Source: Gaiellales bacterium
Lineage (GTDB): Bacteria > Actinomycetota > Thermoleophilia > Gaiellales > JAICJC01
DNA: 64,000 nt
NCBI GenBank assembly: GCA_033856675.1
Contig: JAWVEN010000004.1
Location: forward strand, 93,532-157,531
Direction: 5' to 3'
Shown here: in pieces, positions 52,920-62,030 of the stretch
How positions within the stretch are numbered: position 1 is the stretch's first letter
Layout of the letters: each line of letters starts with the position of its first letter
Notes under the pieces: model-generated
Database searches by the model: none
What the model was told of the DNA's origin: nothing
The model's input: only the letters and a program-made list of their open reading frames with translations
Program-made: the position numbers and the translations under genes

Positions 52920-55058
52920 GTGCCAGTCGTGCTTCGGATTCGCATGCTGCTGTCCCTCGCGGTCCTGGTCGCAGCCGCGTTGGTGCCCTCGGTGCCTGCG
53001 TCCGCAACCTTGCAGTTCGGCGGCACGGGCCTGGAGGGCGGTGGATTCCAGAACGTCGTCGCCGTCGACCCGTTCGACAGCGACGTCGTTTTGTCCGGTG
53101 GCGATGTCGCGGGGTTCCAGCGCTCGACGGATGGCGGCGTCACGTGGCGCAGCTCGAACGCCGGCCTGTCGGTGCGTCAGCAGCTCGCCGTGGCGTCGAT
53201 CCTGTTCTCTCCTACGACGCAGGGAAAGGTCTACGCCGCCGTTGGCGATGCGGGCAACTCCGGCGGCCTATTGGTGTCGAACGACGGCGGCCGGTCGTGG
53301 ACGGTGCGGTCGACGACGCCAATGTTCGCGGGCGGTAACGCCAAGACCGCGGGGATGCCGGCCGAGCATCCACGCTCGACCGGCAATCTGCTGGTCGAGG
53401 TTGGCGGGAGGCTGTATGCGGCGACGTTCAAGAGTGGCCTGATGCGGTCGGACGACGACGGTGTCAGCTGGACGACGCTCGGCCTCGCCGGTGTGCACTT
53501 GCGCACCCTCGCCGCCGACTCCTTGAACTTCGGAGTGCTGTACGTGGGGAGCTACGGCCAGGGAGCATTTCGGATCGACGACTCCGTCGCAGGCCTCACG
53601 GTCACGCCGCTCGGCTCCAGCCCTCGCGTGATCGAGGAGCTGTCGATGGTCGGTTCGACGATCTTCGCTGCCGCCGGTACGGCGGGCCTGTTCCGCTCCG
53701 ACGACGGAGGCGGCACGTGGCAGCATGTCGGTACCGGGCTCGCCGCCGGAGCGAACTGGACGTCGATCGTCGCCCGGCAGGACTGCACCGCGTCGACCAC
53801 CGTTCTTGCCGGTGCGCTTGGCCCGGGGGCCGACGATGTCGTCCGCTCGTCCGATGGCGGGACGACCTGGGGTTCGTTGACAGCTGCTCCGGCCGCGGTG
53901 AAGACAACCGTCGGTGGTCCGGCGGGCCATCCCTGGTGGCTGGCGTCGCGCACTGGTTTTCTGCTCGGCGGACCGATGTACGCGCCCGCCCAGATCGCAT
54001 TCGCGCCGTCGAGCCTCTGCGAATCTCCTGAAGTGTTCGTGGCCGGACGCTCCGGTTTGTGGGGCTCACGCGACGACGGTGGCACCTGGTATCCGATGGT
54101 CGGCCGCATGGGTGTGTCGATCGCCCAGACCATGGCCGTCGACCCGGCAAACCCGCGGCTGGTGCACATCGCTGCGACCGACTGGGGCTACGTCGGGTCA
54201 TCCAATGGCCTCGACACGGTCAGCGCCGCAGCGATCGCGGGCGCCGGTCCCACGGCGTTCGACGTCGCCGTCGACTCCGCGTCGGGGCCGTCACGTGTCT
54301 ACGTCACCACCGGGCACCGCGACAGCAACACGAAGGGGCGGGTGCTGTCGTCTTCCACCCCGTCCGTGAACTCGAGTTGGGTCGACGAGAAGCTTCCGGT
54401 TGCCGGCAAGCGTGCCCTTGCGATCGCCGTCGGGCGGCAGGGCGCAAACCGCGTGGTGATCGCCGCCGTCGACGCCGGGGGCATCTGGCGGAAGGTGGGC
54501 ACGGCGTGGAAGAAGGTGACGACGCCCGCCATGGCGGTGCGCAACCCGGCAAAGCCGATTCAACTGATCTGGCCGACGGGCACCGGGACGATCTACCTCT
54601 ACGACCACAAGACCGGCATCTGGCGCTCGACGGACTACGGCCTGAAATGGACCAAGATCTGGGCGAAGCCGTCTGCCGGCGATCTCAAGGGCTACATCGC
54701 TGCCAATGCGACGGGAACACAGCTGTGGGTGTCGACCGGCGGGTCGATCTACCGGCTCGACGGTGCCAACAGCGGCACGGTCGGGGCCGGGATCACGCCA
54801 CGGCTGACGCTGCCCTGGGCGGGGCCTGTGGGGTTCGACCATGCGAGCGGCACCGTCTACGTCGCCGAGCAGGCGACGCCCGGCCGCGCTCCGGCGCTGT
54901 GGGCCTCCACCGACGGCGGGTCGAGCTGGGAGGACGTCGCCGACGACGGGTATCGAGCGGCCGCGCTCCAGGTCTTCGACCTCGTGCCCGACCGCACCGG
55001 AGGGATCTGGGCGGCGCTCCAGGGCAACGGCATCATCCACGGCGTGCCCGGCTCGTAG
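52920..55058 (+). CDS. Secreted BNR/Asp-box repeat protein (sialidase/GH74/sortilin-like beta-propeller)
   Basis: Signal peptide, then at least eight S-x-D-x-G-x-(T/S)-W Asp-boxes (STDGGVTW, SNDGGRSW, SDDDGVSW, SDDGGGTW, SSDGGTTW, SRDDGGTW, STDYGLKW, STDGGSSW). Start is GTG 52920 or ATG 52944. Confidence 0.75.
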   Translation: MPVVLRIRMLLSLAVLVAAALVPSVPASATLQFGGTGLEGGGFQNVVAVDPFDSDVVLSGGDVAGFQRSTDGGVTWRSSNAGLSVRQQLAVASILFSPTTQGKVYAAVGDAGNSGGLLVSNDGGRSWTVRSTTPMFAGGNAKTAGMPAEHPRSTGNLLVEVGGRLYAATFKSGLMRSDDDGVSWTTLGLAGVHLRTLAADSLNFGVLYVGSYGQGAFRIDDSVAGLTVTPLGSSPRVIEELSMVGSTIFAAAGTAGLFRSDDGGGTWQHVGTGLAAGANWTSIVARQDCTASTTVLAGALGPGADDVVRSSDGGTTWGSLTAAPAAVKTTVGGPAGHPWWLASRTGFLLGGPMYAPAQIAFAPSSLCESPEVFVAGRSGLWGSRDDGGTWYPMVGRMGVSIAQTMAVDPANPRLVHIAATDWGYVGSSNGLDTVSAAAIAGAGPTAFDVAVDSASGPSRVYVTTGHRDSNTKGRVLSSSTPSVNSSWVDEKLPVAGKRALAIAVGRQGANRVVIAAVDAGGIWRKVGTAWKKVTTPAMAVRNPAKPIQLIWPTGTGTIYLYDHKTGIWRSTDYGLKWTKIWAKPSAGDLKGYIAANATGTQLWVSTGGSIYRLDGANSGTVGAGITPRLTLPWAGPVGFDHASGTVYVAEQATPGRAPALWASTDGGSSWEDVADDGYRAAALQVFDLVPDRTGGIWAALQGNGIIHGVPGS

Positions 55059-55063
55059 CCGCG

Positions 55064-55300
55064 TTACGGCTCGTCTGACCGGATCAGGTACCAGGCGGCC
55101 TGGCGGTCGACGACCATCAAGTCGTACCGGCGCCCGGCAGCACGCGCTTCGGCCCAGTCGATGACCTCACCGACATTCCGGGCTTCGGTGAGCTCGTACT
55201 CGTCCGACCGAGTGCGCTCCTCGTTCCAAAAGTAGACGCGGTAGATCGGAACGGGTGTTTCGACTTCGATGTCGCGAGGGTCCACGCCTCGAACGTTCAT
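55064..55300 (-). CDS. Hypothetical small protein (78 aa)
   Basis: ATG at 55300 forms an ATGA overlap with the RNase H stop. GC3-rich with a non-repetitive sequence. The rest of the 204-aa ORF-track entry is an alternate frame of the RNase H gene. Confidence 0.45.
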   Translation of the reverse strand: MNVRGVDPRDIEVETPVPIYRVYFWNEERTRSDEYELTEARNVGEVIDWAEARAAGRRYDLMVVDRQAAWYLIRSDEP

Positions 55301-55722
55301 GAGCGCTGCAGCGCCTCCTCCACGAGCCCGTGTGCCCTGCCGTTCTCGGCCTCGGGTATCCAGCGATAGCGGAGACGCCCAAACCGTGCGGTGAGCGCCC
55401 TCGTCTCGTCGGCGAGCGGCACGATCCGGGCGCTGCGAACCGGTGCGTCCCCCTGCATCTGGGCCACCAGGAGGCGCGAGTCGCTGCGCACCTCGATCGA
55501 CGTGATGCGCAGGCTCAGAGCGCAACTCAGCCCGGCGAACACGGCACGGTACTCGGCCATGGCCGCCGTGGCGGTGCCGATTCGGCCGGCCCCCTGCGCC
55601 AGCGTCTCTCCATCCGCCTCGAGAACGAAGCCGATTGCCGCCGGCCCGGGGTTGCCCTGCGAACCGCCGTCGCACCACACGACGGGCATGTCAGCGTCGA
55701 TCTGCGACGGCGATCGCCGCAT
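55297..55722 (-). CDS. rnhA: Ribonuclease H (type 1) family protein
   Basis: VVWCDGGSQGNPGPAAIGF, AEYRAVFAGL and IPEAENGRAHGL carry the DEDD-type motifs. Start is 55722 or 55689 (MPVVWCDGG). Confidence 0.7.
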   Translation of the reverse strand: MRRSPSQIDADMPVVWCDGGSQGNPGPAAIGFVLEADGETLAQGAGRIGTATAAMAEYRAVFAGLSCALSLRITSIEVRSDSRLLVAQMQGDAPVRSARIVPLADETRALTARFGRLRYRWIPEAENGRAHGLVEEALQRS

Positions 55723-55869
55723 GCGATGTGCTTTGGCAAGCCGTCGCCGTTCGGCGTCGCTGCGACTGCCGCCTGCCTTCCGCGGGCGTCGAGTCGAGCC
55801 CGGTTTGCCAGGGTGGGGGGCGATCTTGCAAGCCTAGCCATGCCACCCCCTTGGTAGGCTCTCGCCTCG

Positions 55870-57429
55870 ATGGCGGGCCACACCACACGCGAGCGCCTCG
55901 AGGAGCTCGAGCGGCTCCGCGAGCAGGCGCTCCACTCGGGGTCGCCGGCCGCGGAGGAGCGGCAGCGCGAACGAGGCAAGCTGCTGGCCCGCGAGCGAAT
56001 CGAGCTGCTGCTCGACCCGGGCTCGTTCGTCGAGCTCGGCCAGTTCGTGCAGCACCGCAGCCCGAACTTCAACATGATGGAGAACCGCCCCTACGGCGAC
56101 GGTGTCGTGACGGGGCATGGCACCATCGAGGGCCGTCGCGTCTTCGTCTTCTCGCAGGACTTCACGGTCTTCGGCGGCTCGCTGGGCGAGGCCTTCGCCG
56201 AGAAGATCGTGAAGGTGATGGACATGGCCCTCCAGTACCGGTGCCCGGTCATCGGCATCAACGACTCCGGCGGCGCGCGGATCCAGGAGGGCGTCGTGTC
56301 GCTCGCCGGGTACGCCGACATCTTCTACCGCAACGTCCAGGCCTCTGGTGTGATCCCGCAGATCTCGCTGATCATGGGCCCCTGCGCGGGTGGCGCCGTC
56401 TACTCGCCGGCGATGACCGACTTCGTGATGATGGTCGAGGGCACGTCGCACATGTTCATCACCGGGCCGGAGGTGGTGAAGACGGTGACGGGCGAGGAGG
56501 TCAGCTTCGAAGAGCTCGGCGGCGCGCGGACGCACGCGTCCCGATCGGGTGTGGCACACGTGACCGCCCCCGACGACCGCGCCCTGATCGAGGATTGCCG
56601 CTACCTGCTGTCGTTCCTGCCTCAGTGGAACGGCGAGCAGCCCGCGTGGGAGCCGCCCTCCGACCCGCCCGAGCGCGAGGATCCTGAGCTCGACGCCATC
56701 GTCCCGGACGAGTCGACGAAGCCCTACGACATGCACGACGTGATCCGGCGTGTGGTCGACGAGGGCGAGTTCTTCGAGATCCACGCAGCCTGGGCGGAGA
56801 ACATCATCTGCGGCTTTGCGCGCCTGGGCGGCTATTCGGTGGGCATCGTCGCCAACCAGCCGCGTTCGCTCGCCGGCGTGCTCGACATCAACAGCTCGAT
56901 CAAGGCCGGGCGCTTCGTGCGCACCTGCGACGCATTCAACATCCCGGTCATCACCTTCGTCGACGTGCCCGGCTTCCTCCCCGGCACCGACCAGGAGTGG
57001 GGTGGGATCATCCGCCACGGCGCCAAGCTGCTCTATGCCTACTGCGAAGCCACAGTGCCGAAGCTGACGGTGATCGTGCGGAAGGCCTACGGCGGCGCCT
57101 ATGACGTGATGGGGTCAAAGCACGTCGGCGCCGACTTCAACGTCGCGTGGCCGACGGCCGAGGTGGCCGTGATGGGGTCTGACGGCGCCGTCAACATCGT
57201 CTTCCGCAAGGAGCTCGAGGCAGCCGAGGATCCGGAGGCGCGGCGCGCGGAGCTCGTCGAGGAGTACCGCGAGCGATTTGCCAACCCGTTCACGGCCGCG
57301 GAGCGCGGGTACGTCGACGACGTCATCGCACCGCGCCGCACCCGTCCGGTGCTGATCACGGCGCTCGAAGCGACGCGGACGAAGACCGCGGTGGACATTC
57401 CGCGCAAGCACGGCAACATCCCGCTGTGA
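55870..57429 (+). CDS. pccB: Propionyl-CoA/acyl-CoA carboxylase carboxyltransferase (beta) subunit
   Basis: Full-length carboxyltransferase with [24 protein letters not shown] and [11 protein letters not shown] motifs. Confidence 0.9.
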   Translation: MAGHTTRERLEELERLREQALHSGSPAAEERQRERGKLLARERIELLLDPGSFVELGQFVQHRSPNFNMMENRPYGDGVVTGHGTIEGRRVFVFSQDFTVFGGSLGEAFAEKIVKVMDMALQYRCPVIGINDSGGARIQEGVVSLAGYADIFYRNVQASGVIPQISLIMGPCAGGAVYSPAMTDFVMMVEGTSHMFITGPEVVKTVTGEEVSFEELGGARTHASRSGVAHVTAPDDRALIEDCRYLLSFLPQWNGEQPAWEPPSDPPEREDPELDAIVPDESTKPYDMHDVIRRVVDEGEFFEIHAAWAENIICGFARLGGYSVGIVANQPRSLAGVLDINSSIKAGRFVRTCDAFNIPVITFVDVPGFLPGTDQEWGGIIRHGAKLLYAYCEATVPKLTVIVRKAYGGAYDVMGSKHVGADFNVAWPTAEVAVMGSDGAVNIVFRKELEAAEDPEARRAELVEEYRERFANPFTAAERGYVDDVIAPRRTRPVLITALEATRTKTAVDIPRKHGNIPL

Positions 57430-57635
57430 GCGGCGAGGGGCGGATCGAGGTGCACCCGGAGCCGTCGCCCGCGGAGCGCGAAGCGGTCGTTCGCGCCATT
57501 GGGCTGCTTGCCCTCGTAGAATCCGCCGATGTTCCGCAAGGTGCTGGTCGCCAACCGAGGCGAAATCGCGATCCGCATCTTTCGCACCCTGCGGGAGATG
57601 GGGATCGCGTCGGTCGCGGTCTACTCCGAGGCTGA
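57426..57635 (+). CDS. Possible acyl-CoA carboxylase epsilon-like small subunit (overlaps accA)
   Basis: GTGA overlap with the pccB stop. The N-terminal [24 protein letters not shown] resembles the conserved start of actinobacterial epsilon subunits. The last 107 nt overlap the unambiguous accA start, so the call is weak. Confidence 0.3.
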   Translation: MSGEGRIEVHPEPSPAEREAVVRAIGLLALVESADVPQGAGRQPRRNRDPHLSHPAGDGDRVGRGLLRG

Positions 57636-59289
57636 CCGTGACGCACCGTTCGTCTCCTACGCCGACGACGCCTACCTGATCGGCGGCCCCTCGCCGGCGC
57701 AGAGCTACCTGCAGTCGGAGTCGATCATCCGCACCGCCAAACGGGCCGGCGCGGAGGCCATCCATCCCGGGTTCGGGTTCCTGGCCGAGAACGCCGACTT
57801 CGCGCGTGCCTGCGCCGCCGCCGGCCTCGTGTTCGTCGGCCCGCCGCCGGAGGCCATCGAGGCGATGGGCTCCAAGGTCAGCGCGCGCCGGGCAATGGAG
57901 GCAGCCGGCGTGCCCGTCATCCCCGGCACGGTCGACCCGGTCGAAACGGTGGAGGACGCCGTGCGGGCCGCCGCCGAGATCGGATACCCCGTCGCGGTCA
58001 AGGCGTCTGCGGGCGGCGGCGGGAAGGGCATCGAGGTCGCGCACAACGAGGATGAGTTGCGGCGCGGATACGAGGCGGCGCGACGCCAGGGCAAGGCCTA
58101 TTTCGCAGACGACACCGTCTTCCTGGAGCGCTACCTCGACGATCCTCGCCACATCGAGGTGCAGGTGATGGCCGATTCGCACGGGGCTGTCGTGCATCTC
58201 GGCGAGCGCGACTGCTCGATCCAGCGCCGTCACCAGAAGATCGTGGAGGAGACGCCGTCACCGGCGGTGTCGCCGGAGCTGCGCGAGCGGATCGGCCGGA
58301 TCGGCGTCGAGGCTGCCCGTGCCGTCGGCTACGTCAACGCCGGCACGGTCGAGGGCCTGCTCGACCGCGACGGCACCTACTACTTCCTCGAGATGAACAC
58401 GCGGCTGCAGGTCGAGCACACGGTGACGGAGATGGTGACGGGCATCGACCTCGTCCGCGAGCAGTTGCGGATCGCGGCCGGCGAGCCGCTCGGCTTCTCC
58501 CAGGACGGCGTCGAGCTGCGCGGTCACTCGATCCAGTGCCGGATCAACGCCGAGGACCCCATGCGCGACTTCGTGCCGACGCCTGGGCGCATCACGCGCT
58601 ACCGGGAGCCGTCCGGCCCGGGGGTTCGCGTCGACTCCGGCGTGGTCGAGGGCTCTACCATCTCCGAGCTGTACGACCCGATGATCGCCAAGCTGGTGGT
58701 GTGGGATGCCGATCGGGACCTGGCCCGGCGCCGCATGCTGCGCGCACTGTCGGAGTTCGAGATCGGCGGCGTCAAGTCGCTGATCCCGATCCACAAGGCG
58801 ATCATGGAGCACCCCGAGTTCGCCGCGGGCGGCACCCTGCGGGAGTTCGTCGAGGGGGGCGGCTATGCCCGCCACGTGGCGAGCGCCGACGGGGCGGTGC
58901 CGGCCGACGGAGCCATGCCGGACGCAGCGGCGCAGGACGAGGCGCGGACGCTCGTCACCGAGGTGGACGGCCGCAGGTTCGAGGTGACCGTCGTCATGCC
59001 GGAGCACCCGGGCCGCACACGGCTGCGTGCGCGCCGCTCACAGCTCGCCGAGCGCTCGGCGCGCCACGGCGGCGGCCAGGACGTGATCCGCAGCCCCATG
59101 CAGGGCACCGTCTTGAAGGTCTCAGTCGACGAGGGCGACGGCGTCGAAGCGGGCCAGGTGCTTGTCGTGGTGGAGGCGATGAAGATGGAGAACGAGATCG
59201 TCGCGCACCACGCCGGCACCGTCGACCAGGTATCGGTGGGAGCCGGCGACCTCGTTTCGAGCGGCCAAGAGCTGCTGCGGCTCGCCTGA
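57529..59289 (+). CDS. accA: Acetyl/propionyl-CoA carboxylase alpha subunit (biotin carboxylase + BCCP)
   Basis: [16 protein letters not shown] opening, ATP-grasp motifs and a C-terminal biotinyl-lysine motif (EAMKMENEI). Confidence 0.9.
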   Translation: MFRKVLVANRGEIAIRIFRTLREMGIASVAVYSEADRDAPFVSYADDAYLIGGPSPAQSYLQSESIIRTAKRAGAEAIHPGFGFLAENADFARACAAAGLVFVGPPPEAIEAMGSKVSARRAMEAAGVPVIPGTVDPVETVEDAVRAAAEIGYPVAVKASAGGGGKGIEVAHNEDELRRGYEAARRQGKAYFADDTVFLERYLDDPRHIEVQVMADSHGAVVHLGERDCSIQRRHQKIVEETPSPAVSPELRERIGRIGVEAARAVGYVNAGTVEGLLDRDGTYYFLEMNTRLQVEHTVTEMVTGIDLVREQLRIAAGEPLGFSQDGVELRGHSIQCRINAEDPMRDFVPTPGRITRYREPSGPGVRVDSGVVEGSTISELYDPMIAKLVVWDADRDLARRRMLRALSEFEIGGVKSLIPIHKAIMEHPEFAAGGTLREFVEGGGYARHVASADGAVPADGAMPDAAAQDEARTLVTEVDGRRFEVTVVMPEHPGRTRLRARRSQLAERSARHGGGQDVIRSPMQGTVLKVSVDEGDGVEAGQVLVVVEAMKMENEIVAHHAGTVDQVSVGAGDLVSSGQELLRLA

Positions 59290-59293
59290 TTGG

Positions 59294-59325
59294 ATTAGGG
59301 GCGGTGCCGTGGCACCGCCCCTAAT
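59294..59325. terminator. Perfect 15-bp-stem hairpin between convergent genes
   Basis: ATTAGGGGCGGTGCC-gt-GGCACCGCCCCTAAT starts 5 nt after the accA stop. There is no U-tract, as is common in high-GC genomes. Confidence 0.6.
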
Positions 59326-59421
59326 TCGTGTCAAAACGAAAAACGCCTTGGTGCCGGGGGAAGCATGCCGTCCACGTGTTGGACCGCGGTTTGGAACCCG
59401 TAAGCGGTCTGTTCGAAGGGT

Positions 59422-59449
59422 GAAAGAAAGGGTCAGACCCCGTTCTTTC
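59422..59449 (-). terminator. Hairpin overlapping the stop codon of the SEC-C gene
   Basis: GAAAGAA...TTCTTTC outer stem with an inner GGG/CCC stem. On the minus strand it begins within the TGA stop. Confidence 0.35.
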
Positions 59450-59921
59450 ATCTGCCGTGGCAGCGCTTGTACTTCTTGCCCGAACCGCACGTGCAGGGGT
59501 CGTTCCGACCCACGTTGCCGCCGCCGAACGCCGGGCCGAGTGAGGGCATGTCGTCAGGAGCCGCGCCCAAGTCGCCGAGGTCGCGTGCCGAGCGCAGCTG
59601 CTCCAGCTCCAGCACGTCGTCGTGATCGAGGGTGAGCACGAGCTCGACCGACTCCGGCGGGCCGGAGAGCAGCCCGAGGTCTGCGAGCAGCCGCTCGGCA
59701 TCCTCGGTGGTGAGCCCCTCGGCGCTCTGCGGAATGTCGATGCGTGACGGGCAGACCAGCCGGAACCGCTCCCAGCGCTCGCGGTCGGCGTCGCCCGGCC
59801 CTCGCTCCAGGCGCCGGCGGACGTCGCGGCGAGCCGCGGATCCGCCGGAGCGAGCCTCGTAGACCTCGAGCAGCTCGAACGGCAGCCATGCCGCCCAGCC
59901 TGTGTCGATGAGATTGCTCAC
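59448..59921 (-). CDS. SEC-C metal-binding motif protein
   Basis: The C-terminal [20 protein letters not shown] is the canonical SEC-C zinc motif. The N-terminal domain is unassigned. GTG start. Confidence 0.7.
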   Translation of the reverse strand: MSNLIDTGWAAWLPFELLEVYEARSGGSAARRDVRRRLERGPGDADRERWERFRLVCPSRIDIPQSAEGLTTEDAERLLADLGLLSGPPESVELVLTLDHDDVLELEQLRSARDLGDLGAAPDDMPSLGPAFGGGNVGRNDPCTCGSGKKYKRCHGR

Positions 59922-59965
59922 GCCCGCGATACTACGGTCAGATCACCCCCGAGGAGGCACCTCCA

Positions 59966-61477
59966 GTGACGACCACAGAAACCGACACCCGCCTGCTCGG
60001 CAACTACATCGGCGGGCGGTGGGTGCCATCCGCGGCCACCGAGCAGCTCGACGTCACGAACCCGGCCACCGGCGAGGTGCTGGCCCGCGTGCCGCTTTCG
60101 ACGGCACAGGACGTCGATGCCGCCGTGCGTGCGGCGCGCGAGGCATTCCCGGCGTGGCGCAGCCGCTCGACGATCGAGCGCGCCCGCTGGCTGTTCGGGT
60201 TCCGTCAGGTGATGGAGGCCCACCAGGACGAGATCGCCCAGTCGGTCACGCGGGAGATGGGAAAGACAGGGGCCGACGCCCGTGCCGAGGTCGGACGTGC
60301 AATCGAGATGATCGAGGCGGCCAGCGCTGTGCCGCAGACGATGCAGGGACGCGTGCTCGAGAACGTCGCCACGGCGGTGGACTGCGAGACGTTCCGCCAG
60401 CCGGTCGGCGTCTGCGCCGCGATCGCGCCGTTCAACTTCCCGGCGATGGTGCCATTCTGGTTCCTGCCGTTCGCGATCGCCTGCGGCAACACGTTCATCC
60501 TCAAGCCGTCGGAGCAGGTGCCGCTCACACAGGAGCTCGTGTTCGGGCTGATCCACGAGCATGGCGGCCTGCCGGAGGGAGTGGTCAACCTCGTCAACGG
60601 CTCAGCCGACGTGGTCAATGGCATCCTCGACCATCCCGGCATCGACGCGGTCTCCTTCGTCGGCTCGGCCAAGGTGGCCAAGCATGTGTACGAGCGCGCA
60701 GCGGCAAACGGCAAGCGGGTGCAGGCGCTCGGCGGCGCGAAGAACTTCATGGTCGTGATGCCCGACGCCGTGATCGACAAGACCGTGCGGAACATCATCG
60801 GCAGCGCCTTCGGAGCGGCCGGGCAGCGCTGCATGGCCGGATCGGTCGTGATCGCGGTGGGCGACGCCCGCAGGCCGCTGCTGGACGAGCTCGTACCGCG
60901 TACCCGGGAGCTCATGGTCGGCGATGGCATGGAGCCGAGCACCGACGTGGGCCCCGTAATCTCGCCGGCCGCCCGCGACCGCATCAGCGGCTGGATCGAC
61001 CAGGGCGTTGCGGCAGGAGCCGCGCTGCTCGTCGACGGGCGGCGTTCCCCGACCGATGGCGGCGGTGCCTTCGTCGGTCCGACGATCCTCGACGGCGTCA
61101 CACCCGATATGGAGATCGCGCAGGAAGAGGTGTTCGGGCCCGTGCTGGCGGTCATTCACGCCGACTCGCTGGACGATGCGATCGAGATCGTGAACGGCAG
61201 CCGCTACGGCAACGGCACGTCGATCTTCACCGAGTCCGGAGCCGCGGTCCGGCGTTATCGCCATGACGTCGAGGTTGGCATGATCGGCGTCAACATCGGC
61301 GTCGCCGCGCCGGTTGCCTTCTTCCCGTTCTCCGGATGGAAGGGCAGCTTCTTCGGCGACCTGCATGCACATGGCGCCGACGCCGTCGAGTTCTACACGC
61401 GGAAGAAGACGGTCACCTCACGGTTCTTCTCGAGTGGGCCCTCCGGCCCGTTCTTCGTCGAGGACGCCGGCCGGTGA
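59966..61477 (+). CDS. mmsA: CoA-acylating methylmalonate-semialdehyde dehydrogenase
   Basis: GTG 9 nt after GAGGAGG. ALDH superfamily with MmsA-type features (NYIGGRWV, FNFPAMVPFW, catalytic Cys in GQRCMA, C-terminal GWKGSFFGD). Confidence 0.85.
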   Translation: MTTTETDTRLLGNYIGGRWVPSAATEQLDVTNPATGEVLARVPLSTAQDVDAAVRAAREAFPAWRSRSTIERARWLFGFRQVMEAHQDEIAQSVTREMGKTGADARAEVGRAIEMIEAASAVPQTMQGRVLENVATAVDCETFRQPVGVCAAIAPFNFPAMVPFWFLPFAIACGNTFILKPSEQVPLTQELVFGLIHEHGGLPEGVVNLVNGSADVVNGILDHPGIDAVSFVGSAKVAKHVYERAAANGKRVQALGGAKNFMVVMPDAVIDKTVRNIIGSAFGAAGQRCMAGSVVIAVGDARRPLLDELVPRTRELMVGDGMEPSTDVGPVISPAARDRISGWIDQGVAAGAALLVDGRRSPTDGGGAFVGPTILDGVTPDMEIAQEEVFGPVLAVIHADSLDDAIEIVNGSRYGNGTSIFTESGAAVRRYRHDVEVGMIGVNIGVAAPVAFFPFSGWKGSFFGDLHAHGADAVEFYTRKKTVTSRFFSSGPSGPFFVEDAGR

Positions 61478-61479
61478 GG

Positions 61480-61923
61480 TCAGGCGGAGGTGCGGTAGCT
61501 CTCCTTCAGCACGGCGAGGTACCCGAACGACTCGCTGTAGCGGACCCCCGGCACCTTCCCGAGCTGCTCACCCATGAAGTCCAGCAGGTGCCGGTTGTCT
61601 CGGCAGGTGACCTCGACGAGGTAGTCGTAACGGCCGGTGCAAGCCACGAGGTACGTGACCTCGGGGAACTCGCCGAGCGCCGTTCCCGCCGCTTCGAGCT
61701 CGCCCTTCTCCACGTTCAGGCCGAGCATGCAGACCACGTCGTAGCCCAGTTTGAGCGGGTTGGTGACGGCCATGATGTGCATGACGCCATCCGCCGTCAG
61801 ACGCGCGACGCGCTGCCGTACCGAGGCCTCGGACACGCCGAGCTCCGCCGCGATGCGCACGAACGGGCGGCGCCCGTCCTGCACAAGGGCTGCAACGATG
61901 TTCTGATCGAGTGTGTCAAGCAT
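61480..61923 (-). CDS. Lrp/AsnC family transcriptional regulator
   Basis: MLDTLDQNIVAALVQDGRRPFVRIAAELGVSEASVRQRVARL forms the HTH, followed by an AsnC/RAM domain. Start trimmed to the ATG at 61923. Confidence 0.85.
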   Translation of the reverse strand: MLDTLDQNIVAALVQDGRRPFVRIAAELGVSEASVRQRVARLTADGVMHIMAVTNPLKLGYDVVCMLGLNVEKGELEAAGTALGEFPEVTYLVACTGRYDYLVEVTCRDNRHLLDFMGEQLGKVPGVRYSESFGYLAVLKESYRTSA

Positions 61924-62030
61924 CGCGTAGTCCGTTACGATATTCGCACGAAACTGCAGAGTCAACACGAATTGCGTAAACTCTCTCCTCCGCCCTCGCC
62001 GATCGGCCGTGTTTCCGGCCAGGAGACCGC

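Noticed and set aside
55064-55722. RNase H plus small ORF at the right border of the glycan locus as a mobile-element remnant
   Set aside because: The RNase H is a stand-alone type-1 enzyme with no reverse transcriptase, integrase or transposase domain. No terminal repeats were seen. It is treated as a housekeeping gene.
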